Positions 13,901-28,900 are shown, counted from the first letter of the stretch. The stretch is 64,000 bases of DNA from Amoebophrya sp. A120 (GCA_905178155.1 CAJINV010000016.1:558001-622000), one strand, 5' to 3'. Program-made: numbers and translations. The notes: a model not told the origin generated them from the letters alone.

Positions 13901-16900
13901 CTTCAGCGAGTCCTTGAATTCATGGACAAACACGCCGGTTTCTTCGTCCCACTCAGACCTGTAAATCTGGTCAAGTTCCGCCGCCGACTCCACGTCGTTT
14001 CGCATAAAGATCTGGTAACTTTTCCGAATCTTGTGCTCGATGATGTTGTGGTTTTCCTTCTCAAACGCAACCCACTGCTGCTTCCGCGCGAAACATTCGA
14101 GATACAGGTCGAGAAACATCGAGACGAGTCTCTGCATATCCGGCAGCTCCGCCCGCTTGAACCGCTTTTCCACCTGTTCAATGTAGTGCCCGACCTTGTG
14201 ATATTTCTCCTCGGCGAACAGATCGTGGAGTAGAGACGATTGCGGCCGTTGTTGTCCTCCTGCGGCGGCGGAAGACCCAGCAGAGGAGCTGGAAGGCCTT
14301 CTTAACGGCGCACGAGCGGTAACTGATGGATTTATCGGCGGTCGACGAGGACCAGCTCCGGTGGCTGAAAAACTTGATGGAAAAACAAATCCGGGGTCGT
14401 TGTTGGTGCCAGCATTTGAAGGCGCAGAAGAAGATGCTGTGCCTACTCCTTGAGGTGCGTCTGTAGGCGGCTCCGCAGCAGGTGGCGAATCGACAACTCT
14501 ATCGCTCTCGAAACCAAAGGGAAAAGTTGTGCTTCCGCCGTTTGCTGCAGCGGAGGTCGAGTGTCTTGGCGCGCGACCGCCGGTGGAATCTGTCGCACTC
14601 GCACCCCCGACGCTGCTCGGCGACGGCTCTTTCGAACTACCGGTTGCCAGGGTCAAAGGGTCAGGAGCGAGCTGGCGAGCGGGTGGTGGTGGGGGGGCGA
14701 AGTCGGGGGTCATGATTTCATCGGGCGGGGTCTTTTCTTGTGGTTCTCCTGAAGATGCAGAAATTCCTGGTGGTGGGAATGGGGGCGGGTCAGCACTGGT
14801 TGTTGTGTCCTCCGTTATCCCCGTCGTGCCAGTCACTGGCACTACGATGCCCGGAAGCAATCCCGTTGCACCAACATCGTTTACAGGAAAATGGACCGGA
14901 AAGGACGTCGCTGCACTACTCGATTGCGCTGTTGCAGTCCCGCCCTCTGGTCTTCTTTCCTCTTCCCCCCGCAAGGCCGCGGCTGAAATGATTTGTGGCA
15001 AGTCCGGCATAGTTGGCGGCTCAACGATAGGTCCTTCTACTTCCTCTTCCTGCTCCTGCTGCTGTACTAGTTCCGGCCGAACGGAGAGTTGCTGTCTTAC
15101 CTGCTCTGCCAATGTAGCTTCCCGCGCCGCTTTTATCTTGTCCGCGAGCTGTTTTTTCAGCATCGCTTCTCGTTTCGCGATTTCTTTCCTTTGTGTCAGC
15201 GTTTTCACTGATCTCTGCAGGTTCTCCTCTTGCCGCGCCAACCGAATGTACCGCTCGATCAGTTGCTTGAGCGGGCCTAACGACCATTGCGCTTCTGGCA
15301 ACGCCGGTTTGTCTTCCACCACCTCTCGGTATTGGGAAATTGTCATCCGGTTTAGCTGGATCTGTAAAACGTTTTCAATCAAGGTCCGGAATTCGATCAA
15401 GCGCAACAGATTCAGCCGGTGTTTTTCCTTGCTCCACAACGCCGTTTGCTCATCGATAGTTGTAGTTCCTGTGAGAGACGAACCAGCCTGTGCCTGCTGA
15501 GTGGTGGCAGTAGAAGTTGCAGTTCTACCCTGCTGTTGCACTCCCTGCTGCTGCGGGGGCTGTTGATTACCTGCGCCGGAAGTTGTTGTAGACGACGCCG
15601 GTGCAGCTGCTGCTCCTGCTGCTCCTGAGATAGAGATCCCACTTGTAGTACTGCCAGGAGCTTCTAGCACCATGCCGCCCGTAGCAGTTGTGCCCTCGCC
15701 TTCCACCAACGCACCAACACCCCCCGCAGTTGATGGCATTTTCTTCCCTAAATTCGGCACCCAAAAGCGCGCGTGCATCTCCAACATCCAGATCCGGAAC
15801 GGGATGTAGAATTTTTGTTGTAAAGTGTACAGTGCTATGCATTGCAAATATGTCTGGGTCTGGATGGATTCGAATTTCTGATGCGAATTCTACATCATCT
15901 GTCATGCATGGTCAGCACAAGGCCCCATTTCTTGTTTACAGAAAGGGGGCATTTGTCATGCGGATTAGGCATTTTGGGATACCTGCTCAGAATCTGTGAT
16001 GCTAGGGCTTGCATGACAGACGATCTGGCCTAGGCAAAAACTGCATTACAAATGTCTAGACTCTTCCAGACCCAGACATATTTGCATTCCATAAGTGCCA
16101 GTTTGAAACTCACCAAGTCCATCTCGACCGGTTTTTTCAGTTTCGCGAGATACTTCCGCACGTACTCAATTTTCCGCCTTTCCTTCTTCAGAACTTTGTT
16201 TTCCTCCCACAGTTTCTGCCTCGCGGTCCTCTGAAGCTTCGTCGCTCTCGTGGACTTTGTGAGCCCAGCCAACGGGTCGTGCTCACTGCCATAGTGGGAA
16301 ATCCCGCTCACTTGCCGGTCGAAAGTGGGGTTCTCGGAGAGATTTTGATTTTCGAACGAAACTTGCCTGGACCATTTCATCGGAGAGAGGATGGGAGACG
16401 GCATGCCTCTTGTTTTCACGCTGGTTTTCTTGCTATCAGCCCGGGTAGTTGCAACAGGGTCTTCTTGTGGGTCGAAATTTGATACTCCTTCTGGATCTTT
16501 CGGAGATAGGGAAAACTCCATTTCCCCCTGCGCTTCTTCCCCCGCCTCGCCTCCATTTTCCTGATATTTCGCCGCCTCCGCTTTCCCCGCAGCGGACAAA
16601 ACGTCCGCCCTTTCGTGTAACAGCATGAACTCCCGGGCGTGCGTAATTTTCACAGTCGCGGTTTCCAAATCCCCTGCCTCTCGCGCCAATTCCTTCTCAA
16701 TTTGCGCTGCCAAATCTTCGTTCCGCCCGAAGGAGTGACTGGAGGGGACCGCGAAGCGAAAGGCGAGTGTGAACTTCGGCTCCTTAAGAAAGGACATGCG
16801 CTTCTGCACTTTGATCAAATCAAAGCCGTTCTTCATTGTCGTGCCAGTTCCGGAATAAAAGTAGTTCCCGGTCGTGGTACCTTCTACACTCGTAACAGTT

Positions 16901-19900
16901 CCGCCTAGACCCGTGTCCTCGCTGGCGTACGGAGTTTGCTTGCCCTGGTGCCCAGCCCCGGGAGCATCGAGTAAATCGAGGTCCGTGGGGTTTTTTCCCC
17001 GGACATTGAAATCGAAATTCGTGTCTTCCGAGGCGTACATCGCTTGCTGGGGAACAAGCGGGGAGCTCCCGTGCGGACTGTTTATCCCAGAGCTGCTAGT
17101 TCTTGCGCCTCCGACTGGAGGAACCCTGGTACTACGTGCGAGCTGCCTACTGGTCGTCGTGCCATGCTGATGCTGATGCATAGCGGTACTATTGCGGTCA
17201 CCTTCTACCGTGGGACTGATGTTCGGCCCAAATGCATCTAGAAAATCGGACTCGGTCAACGATTCACCGTCGATCGATTTTGGGGTGGCGACGTATCTGG
17301 CGTTAAACTTCGAGCGCGGTGGCAGCTGATTGGAAGGGAAATGAGGTGGTGCATTGAATGAACCCGACACTGCTCCCCTGCCCATGGTTGTTGCACCTCG
17401 CGCCTCTCTCGCTGCTGCATCCTTCTGCAGAAGGTCCTCCCGCTGCAAACCCATCCTGCCAGAGAACATCATGTCCCGCATGTTTGCACTCCTGTCTCTG
17501 TCAGCGGTCGCACCGGGCTGATCTGTTAGATCCTCCTTGCTACCATCGTTTTCATCGTCATCCTCAACTCTATTTCTCTTCCTGTTCCGATTCCCGCCGG
17601 ATCCTGATGAAGACCCCGGCGGCTGGATTTCCCAGATGACCGACCTCCCAATGCCGGAGTAAAACAACGCTTGGAACATCCCCTCCAAAACCTGTTTCGG
17701 CAAGCGCCACTGCAGTTGCGAGCACTGGAACCAGGCACCCCAGTCGCCGAGGCCCCGCCAACACTCCCACTTCTTCAAATCTTCCAACTCCCGCATATTT
17801 GTCTGCAGCAGCGCGAACCACCGGAAGGAGATCTTCGGAATATGGAAAAACTGCATCTTCTCAATCGCAAAGCCAACGACAGAGTTTTTGTACAACTCCT
17901 TCGAAATCGATGTGGAGAGAAGTTTCTCACTTTCCTGCTTCTCTATCCTTTCCTGCTCGTTTTCCCAAAGTCGCATCTGGTTCACCTCGTGCCAATGGAG
18001 TCTGGTGCGGTAGTGGTCGCTGTCCGGAACATCATTCTGATCGTCCACCGAAAAAGTACTAGATACAGATTGTTCACAAAGCCCACACCAACAGCCAAAC
18101 TGCACGAACCACGCCCGTATAGAGTCGTACGTAGCGTCAACCCACGCTGCGTATTTCCAAAAAAGATTTTCGAAAACTTTAAACACCGGTACAGACTCCT
18201 GCGAATTTTTACCAAAATCAACATCGCTGGGCGTCGACGAGTAACGGTCGGCTTCTCGCTGCTGCTCCTGCTGTTGGTGTAATAGCAGTAGTTGCTCTTC
18301 TTCTTTCTCCCATTTTTCTTTCTCCCTCTCCCGCATCTCGTCTACCGCGATGTTTTCCAGAAAGATTTCCTTCGCTTCATGGAAATCCAAAGTCCGCAAT
18401 ATTACAGCGAAAAACGCCCCCACCCCCGAATTTGGGAGCATTTGTATTGCAAACCTTTCCAACAGAAACATTCGCCCTCTTGCATCTACCAGCATCACAG
18501 GTTTCCAATCGTGAATAGCAAAAATTTGTATTGCAAAAACCCCAGCAAAAGCGGCGCTTGTCATGCAAGCGATGCGATATGCGCGCACACCTAGACATAC
18601 TCCTTTCATGCATGACAAAAAGTTTTCATTTGGAAACTTCGCATCACAAATTTTTGCAATTTCAGGGGCGGGGGGCACTTTTCCCTGTAATACGCAAATC
18701 GCGATTCGCCTTCTCCTTTCTCGCGCCTGATTTCGACTTCTCCAAAAAGTGCCAGCCCTGCGCGGCGGCCGCGGAGGGAGAGGAGGAGTCGAGGCGGAAG
18801 TCCAGGCAATTTTTCAAACCGTTGGTCTTCTCGTAGATTTCTTGGAATTTTTCTTTCACTTTTTCCTTTCTCATTTCTTTCGCATCTTCAAATCTCTCCG
18901 CCAGCTCCTCCTGGTGGCTGAGGAGCAGATCAGAAGAAAGATACGGCACTTGATGTTCTGAAGCTGGGGAGGTGGTCATCTTAGGTCCTAGCTCTTCTTC
19001 TCCCACAGGGGACGACGCTCCAGCAGTTGTCCTCGCAACTGCCCCTGCAGAAGATGTTGAACCTTTTGAAAACTTTCTGTTCCTTTCGTTGTCCACTATG
19101 CAATACAGATTTTCCATGATTTTCGTGTACCACCCATTGCCGTTCGCCGTGCGGAAAAACTCGCCGGTGTCCGACGCCAGCTGCTCGTAGTACAAATCAG
19201 ACCGTAATGCCAGCAACCGCTCCGCCCGGTAATCTTTGTCCGAGAAAAGTTGCAACACTCCGGACCCGGTATCCAGATCTGACTCATTATCATCGTAGCC
19301 GAAAGCGCCGTCCTTACCAGAAGATGACCCTCTACTTCCGGCGAAGGAATTATTCTCGCTGTTCATCCCTGTCGCTCCTGTAGCGCCAGCACTGGAGTGC
19401 GAGTTCGCTTGTCGCCAGGGGGGACTCGAACCCAGCTCGAAAGACCTCTGTTTATGATAGTTTTTACTCGTCGGAACCTTCTCGACCACGTCTTCTCGGC
19501 TCAGATTGGTCTCTTCAGACTCCTGCCGCGCTGGCATAGCAGAACCTCCAGACATCGGAGCATCAGCGCCTGTTGGGGATATAGGATTTTGCAGCTTACT
19601 TTGTTCCTCTTTCTTGTAATATCCCTTGTCCATCTTCCTGGCCCTCTTCTCGTTCTCCTCCACCGCGTTTATATCCACGGTTTCCAGGCCGATCAAGTAT
19701 CAAATGCAAAAATGTCTGGGTCTGGAAAAGTGCCGAGTTTGTCATGCATATTTTCCATGACCCATGAGGTTTGGTATGTAGGACATAGCATCACAGATTC
19801 TGTGAGAGTTCCATCATGCCTATTCTGCATGAGAAACTGCCTCTCGAGTAGGTCAAAAGTGGACAACTTTTGGTAATCATGCAACACAGATTTTTACATG

Positions 19901-22900
19901 ATTCAGATTTAGCATCACAAGCTCCAACCTTCCAGACCCAGACATTTTTGCATTTGATATCAAGTTCCGCTGCATGATATCCGCCTATCCAATGTAAAAA
20001 TGTCTGGGTCTGGAAGAATGGAAGGCTTGTCATGCTTGTCTGGCATGACCCATGATGCTTGTAATGCATGACCCAGCATCACAGATTTTTGGAAAGCTTC
20101 CTGATGCCATTTCCGCATGACAAATGCCCTCCTCGCGTAGCACAAATGTGGCTCCTCTTGCTGGTCATGCAATACAGATTTTTTTAGAGTCCAAAGTTAG
20201 CATCACAAGTTCCAACTTTCCAGACCCAGACACTTTTACATTTGATACCGCCCCGGTCGCCGCGAAATGGCCGAAAGCCGGGGCGAAGTGCGCGGACAAG
20301 TTGTCAATCTGCGAATTCACGGCGTTGTGGAGTAGTTCCCGCGTGATTTGCAAGTAATCTGGATTTTCGTACTCCGTTTCCAGATCTCTGTACGTCGCAG
20401 GCGCGTGGATCAACTCCGTCGTAATGCCCCAATCCCGCGCCTCGTAGTGCCAAGAGAACAGTTGTCGGAAATACCGCTTCTTTTTTGTTCGGCGCTTCAT
20501 CGGGGGCATCAAACCTGATGCGCTAGTACTTTTCGTCGGCTGATAAAACGCCGCGGTAATGCTATCGTCCGTGATCGTTGGAGATTGGGATGATGAAGAA
20601 GAAGTTCTTGCAGGTAATCTTTGTTGCCCAACAAGACCTACCCTCGCACCACCTCCACTACTCTCACTCGCGCCGACCGACCCGGGCGGGCAATTCAATT
20701 TCCTCCAACGGACCAAACTTTTCCACATCTGCTTTCCCCGTTCGTTGTTCATCTCGATTTCGCGGTCGCAGTCACGGTGCTGCTGCATCTTCTCGTACAG
20801 CTTAACTTTCCCTGTCGGCGGCGGCCACTGTTTCAGCAGTTCTTTCTCCTTCCGGACCGGCCACGTGACCACCACCGCCGTTTCTTGCGGAACCAGCATG
20901 TGCAGCGCGACTTCTTGGTTCCGATCTAAGTTTTGCTTCATGTTTTCCACCATCTCCATCTTGTCGCTCTGTTGTAGATACAAATACGATTTCTCCGCGT
21001 TCACCACCACCCTGGCAGAGCCATACACTCTGGGTTTCAACGTTATCCCTGACGGGAGCCATGTCAACGGGTCTTCCGCCTGAACCAAATCTCCAAATTG
21101 CCGATCCAACGCGTTGGTGATTTTCCAGGTGGAGTTGATCGCGGAAAGTAGAAACTGATCGTCCATGTTCCGGTCGAATTTTTCTTTCGACATCCACGCC
21201 GTCCGGTATTCGATCGGCTGCCGGACCTGTCGCCGGAACTGCTGGCGGAAGAAAACCGCGTTGTAACTATATGGATTGCAAAAATGTCTGGGTCTGGAAA
21301 CTTGTGATGCAAGTCTGTGAATGATGGGCGCACTACAATATGCAGCCAAGCATGACAAGTTTTTGCACGTGCCATGTGCTTCGTTTTCTGCATGGCAAAC
21401 TGCATTTTTGCATGACAGGCAGGAGGCCCCGTTGCTGCTTACGCATCACAGATCCAACTGTCATGCCAGACAAGCAAGACAAGTCCTGCATTCTTCCAGA
21501 ACCAGACATTTTTGCAATGCATAAACTAAACGGGAAAACGATCTGCTTGTGCTCGAAAAAGAGAAACTCCTGCGGGAAGAGAGTCGACAAGGCATTCGTC
21601 AGCGTGTTCGCGAGGCCGGAGCCGGTTTGAATTACCGTTGCTCTCTGCTCGGGGGGGAGTTTGGAGTAAATCGTGTTCGCGGAAGCAGCTTTCGACAGTC
21701 TGGAACTCTGTTGTGAAGATGATGATGTTCGCTGCAGCTGCAATCGCTGCTGGTTTTGCAGGGATGAGGGGGAAGTGGTCCAGCTTAAATCCGCGTGGTC
21801 GATGTACGCGTCGGCGATAGAACAGGTGGTGACGCCGAAGCTGTTGTGGGTTAGCAAATTCGTCGGGGAAAAAAGTTTCGACCTCTGGTTGTCCGCCGTG
21901 CTCTGCATTTTCGAGAAAGCGGTATAGAGAAACTTTTTTTCCAAAGCGGCTCTCGAGGCAATGGCGCGCATGTTCGTTCTGGTAGTTGAGGAATTTATTT
22001 TCGTAATTTTTTGCCTCGCAGATGAAAATGAAAACTTTGACTCCTTCTGTGTCCATTTACTTCTTACTTGGTGTTGGTCCGCAGAAGTACCCTTGCTGCA
22101 AGTCGTCATCCCAGCCGCGTTCACACTGCAGCTCGTACTGGTTTTTGAGTTACTCGTTCTCAAACTGCTATACGACCGATACAAGTTCGTGTTGTAGCTG
22201 GACAATCCCCCCAGCGCTTTCTCCGTGTTGGGTCTCGTCGTGCAGTACAACTGCCTCGTTTTCATCAGGTGCGACATCAACGACCGTTTCACGCGCTGTT
22301 CCACCATGCTCTGCATGCTCGGATCGACCTCGTCGAGAAAGAAAATCGGGGACCGGATTTTCGCCGCGACCAGCGAAATCCGGCGCTCCTCCGCGGCCGC
22401 GCGTTTCGTGGGCGATTCATTCGCCGCACTCATCCAGCCCAAGTCAGATTTCACTTCCTGAGTGGTAGGCCCGAAGCCACCGAGGCTCGATTTCGGTTGC
22501 TGGCTCCCGTAGCGGTTCTCCACGCCGCGCGTAGAGTACGTCGACTCTTCGCTGCTGCTATCGTCCTTTGTCTGTTTCTCCGTGTCGCTGGTGTCCTCAC
22601 TCGTGTCCTGAAATTGCGGTAGTGACTCCGCGGTAAGCACACCGAATCTGTCTTGAGTTGATGTTGTTCCCCCAGCTGCGAGGGCAGCGTGCTGGTCCTT
22701 CTTACGAGAACCACCGCCCGCGGCGCTGCTCCCAGGAGCTTTGGGATCTGGAGCTCCTGCTGCTGTTTTTGCTTTTGACTCGGCAGAGGGCAGACTTGGG
22801 ACGAGGGCATTTTTACCAGACGCTTTTGCACCACCTGCTGCAGCAAGGTCGCCGGGTCTTTTCGGCGCTGGGGGTGGCTTTCGCTTTTTTCCCGTTGCTG

Positions 22901-25900
22901 GCACCTCGTGGCGGATCACGATCACTCCCGCCGCGCCGGGCACGCCGTACGTTTTTTCCACGAATTTGGTTCCCGATTCTGCGGAACCGCCGCTGCTCTC
23001 TTGACGCGGAAGAATCTGCTTCCCCGAAGCCGGATCCACCGCGCGGAAAGATACCATCCCACCCGAACCGGCACTCAGCTCGCCCGGCGTCTTCTGCCGG
23101 CCCCACGTGATTTCCGGAAATTCCGCATTCGAAATCGCACTGCGCTCGCCTGGCGTGATCTGTTTACGCATAGAGAAGCTCGGCAAGCTTCGTGTCGACT
23201 CGGGCGGAGGAGACACCTCTCTGGTCCACGGCCTCGAAGGCAGACTTTGTGCCGACTCGGGCGACATCTCTCTGGCCCATGGACTCGTGCTGAACTGCCG
23301 ATCGACCAAGGAACCAGCTGTAGAAGCAGGTGGCTGTGTTTCTTGTTCTCCCCCCCGAGTTCTTGTGCTCGTTGCATTCTTTCCTCCAGGTAACAAGCCG
23401 AACCGCTGCAGCGCTGCCCGCTGAAGCGCTTCCTCCGGACTCATTCGGGACTTGCTACCCGATCTTGAGGCGGGCGACTTCGAATCCTCCCGCTTCTGCT
23501 TCCTCGTGTGTTTTGCCAATTCCTCTGTCGAAACCAGCCGCCGGTGATGTTCACTCGACGCGGGAGTGGGACCCACAGCCTCATGATGACCCACTACTTG
23601 GTCCCCGCCATTCCTATCCATTGCAAAAGTATCGCACAACTCGTATAAAAAATCATTATGGCAGTCTTGCATTACAGATCTAGCTTTTTAATACCTGAAG
23701 CAGCATGACAAACTCCATTTTTCCTTATGGAAATAAAATTTGTCTTGCGATTCAGACTAGTACGATAGTTTTGCAATGCATAGTTCCCACTGTAGAGCGA
23801 ATCTCCACTTCCAGTATCACCACCGCCCCCGACGCTACTACCAGTTCCTTGTTGAGTAAAAAAAACTGCTCCGAGGCTGTTCTATCAAATGTAAAAATGT
23901 CTGGGTCTGGAAGATTGGAACTTGTCATGCTGTTTTTGGACTCTAAAAAAAATTGTATTGCATGACCAGCAAAATGGGTAAAGTTTTTGCTACACAGACA
24001 GGCCATTTCTGATGCGAAAGGTGCATCAGGAAGCCCTCTATAAGTCTGCGATGCTAGTTCAAGCATTACAGGTATCATGGGTGGTCATGAGAAATATGCA
24101 TGACAAATCTTGCATTCTTCCAGACCCAGACATTTTTACAATGCATATGTTCACATTTCTCGCCAACGCGCCGGAGACCGCGTGAAAGGACGCGTCTTCG
24201 GTTATCCTCAGTAAAAGCGTCCGCACACCAGAGTTCTCATGCTGATTTGGATATACAGGAAGGTTTGTAATGCGCATCCCCATGAGAGGCATTTCTAGTC
24301 ACGTTTTGGCATTTGTAATGCTCGAATCAGGATAAGCAGATGGATTTGTGACGCGGCTGTCCTCGGCAACCTGCACTACGTTACGGACTGCAACTTGTAA
24401 TGCGTGACTCCCAAAACTTCTAGGCTTGTGTTGCAAAATCACCATCTTGATTCTGGGGTGGGGACAATTTCACATAGGATATCGGTATCTGTTTCCGATT
24501 TGGACACCTTCGGCCGGTGGGTTTTGATCACCTCAATCAACGTCGACAGTTTGCTCGGAGACGCGCCTTTGGGTAGAACATTTGCAAAATCCTTGTACAA
24601 GTGCGCGTCCTCCTTGGTCTGCGCCAACAGCCGGCCGCTCTCCGTCAAGAAGTGCTCTCTGTCCCCGTGCTGCCACTGAACCTTGATGCTGTTCGGTTTC
24701 AAGTTCCACTCCGAGCGGTGGACCCGCTCGCCGATAACGCAGAGAAAAGGCGTGTCGTCGTTCTGTCGCAACTGCGCCACGTCTTCGGCAGTGGAGAGGG
24801 TGTGGATGTACTATCCACAGTAAATTTCCTGCACATGTACAAATGCGGTTTCTGCATGACAAAGTTTCCATTCACTTCTATTCAGCATGACAAGTGGCGT
24901 GCTCCAAGTTGGTGACATTTGTGATGCATTTTGTACGTGTACAGGGAATTTGTGTTGCATATGTACTCCCCGAGGTAGATCCGGATCAGCCTCTCCTGCC
25001 CCGAGGGGCTGGGCTCGTCTTCCCACGTGTCTTGGTCGTGGGGGTCGTAGCTGTCATCTAAATCATCCTGAAAATTATGGTCCAGAGTGCGATCGAGGTC
25101 ATTTTGATGTCCAACACCTACAAAAGCAGCACCAGCAGCATCAGCACCCGGCTGATCACGATAACGACGACCTTTGAAAAGATTATCCTCGTCTTCCTCG
25201 GACGCCATTGCTTCTATCTCCACCCAAGGACGCTGCGTGGTCGTCCTCGACTTTGTTGCCTTGCCGGAGTCTGTCGCTAAACTCGCTCCAGGAGACTGTT
25301 CTTGGTCCGTGCCACCACTAGCGTCAGGGCGGTTTTTCTTTCGTTTGTGCTCATGATCTTCTTGCGAAGTAGAACTCAGTCCGGCCACTTCTCCTTCTAG
25401 CTCACCTGGGACAATTCCTTCCGGAAGCAGGTGGAGAACGTTTGCAAATGATGGTAGCGAGTCGTAAATCGTTTCAAACACGGGAATGATAAAATCGGAC
25501 ATGGACAGCGCACCCTCGCTGCTGTACGCGAGACCCGGGTGGCTTAGTTCTTCCCGCTCGTATGGAAACCGGTCGAAGAGCGGCCCACTAGACTCGTCTA
25601 CGCCTTTCGAGCGAGAAAATACAGTGGGACCACGTCCTGCAGGTGGTGGTCCCATGCTGCCATAACCCGGTCTCTTTCCCCCACCATTACCGCCATGATC
25701 GCCGCCGCTGGGCGGGGAAAAGTCATTCAAGCCATCACCTCCATTACGCTGGTCTAGAAGTTCGCCCGCCCCGGGCATCAGGCCGCCAGCAACCTGAGCT
25801 GCTACAACCCGTTCCTCCTCCTCCAGCTCAGCAAGTAAGGACTTCTTCTCCAGATTTTCGTTGAAGTAAAACAGCCACCGGCCGTCCTGGTCGACAAACC

Positions 25901-28900
25901 CGTCACACAGATTCCGCGTCACGTCAATCGGGCTCGGGAGCTCGCCCGGTGCGACCTGCATCACGCTGTTGTAATTCGCTAAATCCAACCCGTTTTTCAT
26001 CATGTGCTCCTCCTCCTGCGGCGACAAACGCATTGTCCGAACCGGTTTCAGTTGTTCTTCGATGATCACTTGCTTTTTTTTCGTTCTCTCGAGCAATTTC
26101 ACAAACGCCCGCCAGTTTTTCAAATGCCCGGACTTCTGGAGTTCTGACAGAGAGGTGAGTGCTTCATAATGGTTCCCGTTTTCGCCGTCCTCATCTGCAA
26201 GTAGTGCATCGTAGTCGTGTGGGTCGTTGGACATACCGAAAAAATTTTGGCCTGAAAAGGGAGAAGTGGGCATTTCCGTGTTGAGTTGCCCAGGGACGTA
26301 GGCTACTCCTCCTGGCTGAGTCGTTCGGTAAAACGAAGATGAACTTTGCGTCTGCCCCTGATTATATGGTGTGTCAGTATTGATACCAGTGTCGCCTGGA
26401 AAAACACCAGCGGTGCCGCTTCTGCTGAACGAGATTGGGGCAGCTCCGGCACCGTCCGGGCCTATTCGGGCAGAGTCCGGATGACTCCGTCCTGGCTTAT
26501 TGTAGCTCGAGCGCACCATGTTCGCGTAGTCTTCGTTCTCCGGCCAGTCGACGTGCGCGTCGGTTTCCAAAACGCAGAGAACCCGGTGCCTGATTTCACT
26601 GGTCCCGAAGTCCTCCCGGTTTTTCACGATTAGAACCACTGAATAGTCTTTTTTGATGAAAACCGAAATCGTTGTCTCCCCCGACCGATCGCGCCCGGGC
26701 ACGGTGTTTCTGTTCCTGTTCATGAACGCTGCAGCATTCGATGTTCCGTCGCGATTGAACTGGTTTGTCGAGGCACTGAACGGCGAAGCTGGTGAGGACC
26801 CATCGTTGTTCATCATCCCGGTTGCGGCTGCGCCGGGGCTGTAGTAGTTGTAGTTCACGCGGTCGTTATAATAACCTCCGTGCTCGCCTGGCGAAATAAT
26901 GTCCTGCACGGGCGCGCCACCGATAGGAAAATCATGGTCGTCGTGGGGTAGTCCTCTGTTGTTCCTCACTGTCACGTCAAACGCGCCGGTTGGCGTGGCT
27001 TCTTGCAATCCTCCACCTCCGCCATGGAAGCTGTCAAAAGCATTGTAATTCATCACGAGCTGTTCCGGTTGCGGTTTTACTCTCTCAAACGGGGTTTCGT
27101 CACCTTCCGGTAAGGGCGCATCTGCGGCCACTGCACCGCCCTGTTCTGGAACCACGCTCTTGCCGTCCTCGTCGGGGAGCTTCGTATTCGTTTCGTCGTG
27201 TCCACTCGTTACTTCATCTTGCACCGCTCCCTCCTTCGAACCGCTTCCTTCGCCGAGCGCACGCTTTCCCTTGCGCGTGGTGTCCTTGATGTCCTGCTTT
27301 CGCGTGGTTTTCTCGCGTAAAGAACGCCTTTGTTTTTGTTCCAGTCCCTCGGATGGAGGAGCTGCTTGGTCTGCCGAGTGCTGTATTTTTGCTGCTCCTT
27401 GTTCAAGACCAACACCTCCCCCGCTAGCGCTGCCGGCCCTTACGGTGGTACTGCCCTTCGTGTTTGGTCTTTCCCCTTCTTTTCCTTCACCTTGATCAAG
27501 GCGGTTCTTCTCTAACCACTCCGCGACCCGCTGGTGCGCCCGCCCCCGATGCCCGCTGCGCACGCTCTTCTGACTTGCCTTCTTCTCGACTGCCATAGCA
27601 TGATGACCAGCACTCTGTGGGGTAGTAGTCTGCTGGCTTCTCCTACTTTTTTCACTCATTTTCTTGTCCATGCGTGGTGTCCTCGTTCCGCGTTCAAATT
27701 TATTGCTCGTCACTACTGTTGTACCAGCTGCACGTAGTTCTTGCCCAGCCAGCATTTTTTCCTGCTGGTCTTTCTGTTTTTTCCGCATCAAAAGCGCATT
27801 CCGCAACTGGTTCACCTGCTCTTTTTTCAACTTTTTCTCCCTTTCCAACTCAAAAATGGGCTTGCGTTTCTTCGGCTGAATCCCCTCGTACATGTACTCA
27901 TACTGCGGATGCAAGTGGAGGTCACTCGCAGCTCCTGCCCGGCTGCCGGTACCGCCCATATTATTCGAGGAAGCAGCAGCTGCTCCAGTGTCTAGAAACA
28001 CGCGGACTTTCGCCCGGCAGCCCTCGTCAAGCAAAACGTAATTCGGTTCGCGGAAATATGCGCCGACCCACTGCTTTCTCTGTTTTTCGGAAACCCAATC
28101 GGGGAGATCGTCAGGGGTTAAAAAGAGAACATGTGCGATCTCTTCCGGGTGCAGCCGGCCCACGTTTTCGACGAAATACCCATCCGCTTGCAGATCATAC
28201 TGCTCAATTGGGACGCGAGCAGGCGTTCTCACCTCGCTGTTGGTGTGATCAATGTATGTGTTGAAATCGCTTTCGAGCTTGGTTACTGCGGAATAGAGGA
28301 AATTCGCGAAGCGGAGTACGTAATGTGTTAAGACAGAAGTTCTTCCGCCATCCTCGTCATTCGACGTGCCTCCAGAACTATACGGCACGATGTTGGCAAC
28401 AAGCTGCTCCCCGCCTTGGTCATGTGCTATTTTCTGTGGCTCAGAAGATGAAACTATGTCCACCGCGAACATCTTCTCTTGCCAGAAAAACTGCAAGCAG
28501 TCGTGACACATCTGCGCTCCGGATTTCCATTTTCGAAACTGGCTGGAATAGTAGTGGTCCCGCGTGTTTAGCATTTTCTCGAAAAACATCGCTTTCACGT
28601 TACTGCTCCCACTCGTCAAGCGATTCACCCGCTGCACAGAACTGGAACGGGAGGCGTAGCAGGTCGCTTCGTTCCCGTTCGGAATGGTGGCTTTCCGCGA
28701 GCCGGCAGAGGTTTCCTGCATAGGATCGTGTAAGCCCGCAGCGTTACTTTGGTAAGAGCCGTTCGCTTGTCCTCTTCTGCGTCTACTTCTCTTATCCTGT
28801 TTCTCATCCACACCGCCGCTGAGCTCAAACCTCGCTTGCTTCAAAATTTTCTCTCCGCCGCTGCCGTACATATTCCGGTAGGCCGGGACCCCACTTTCCG

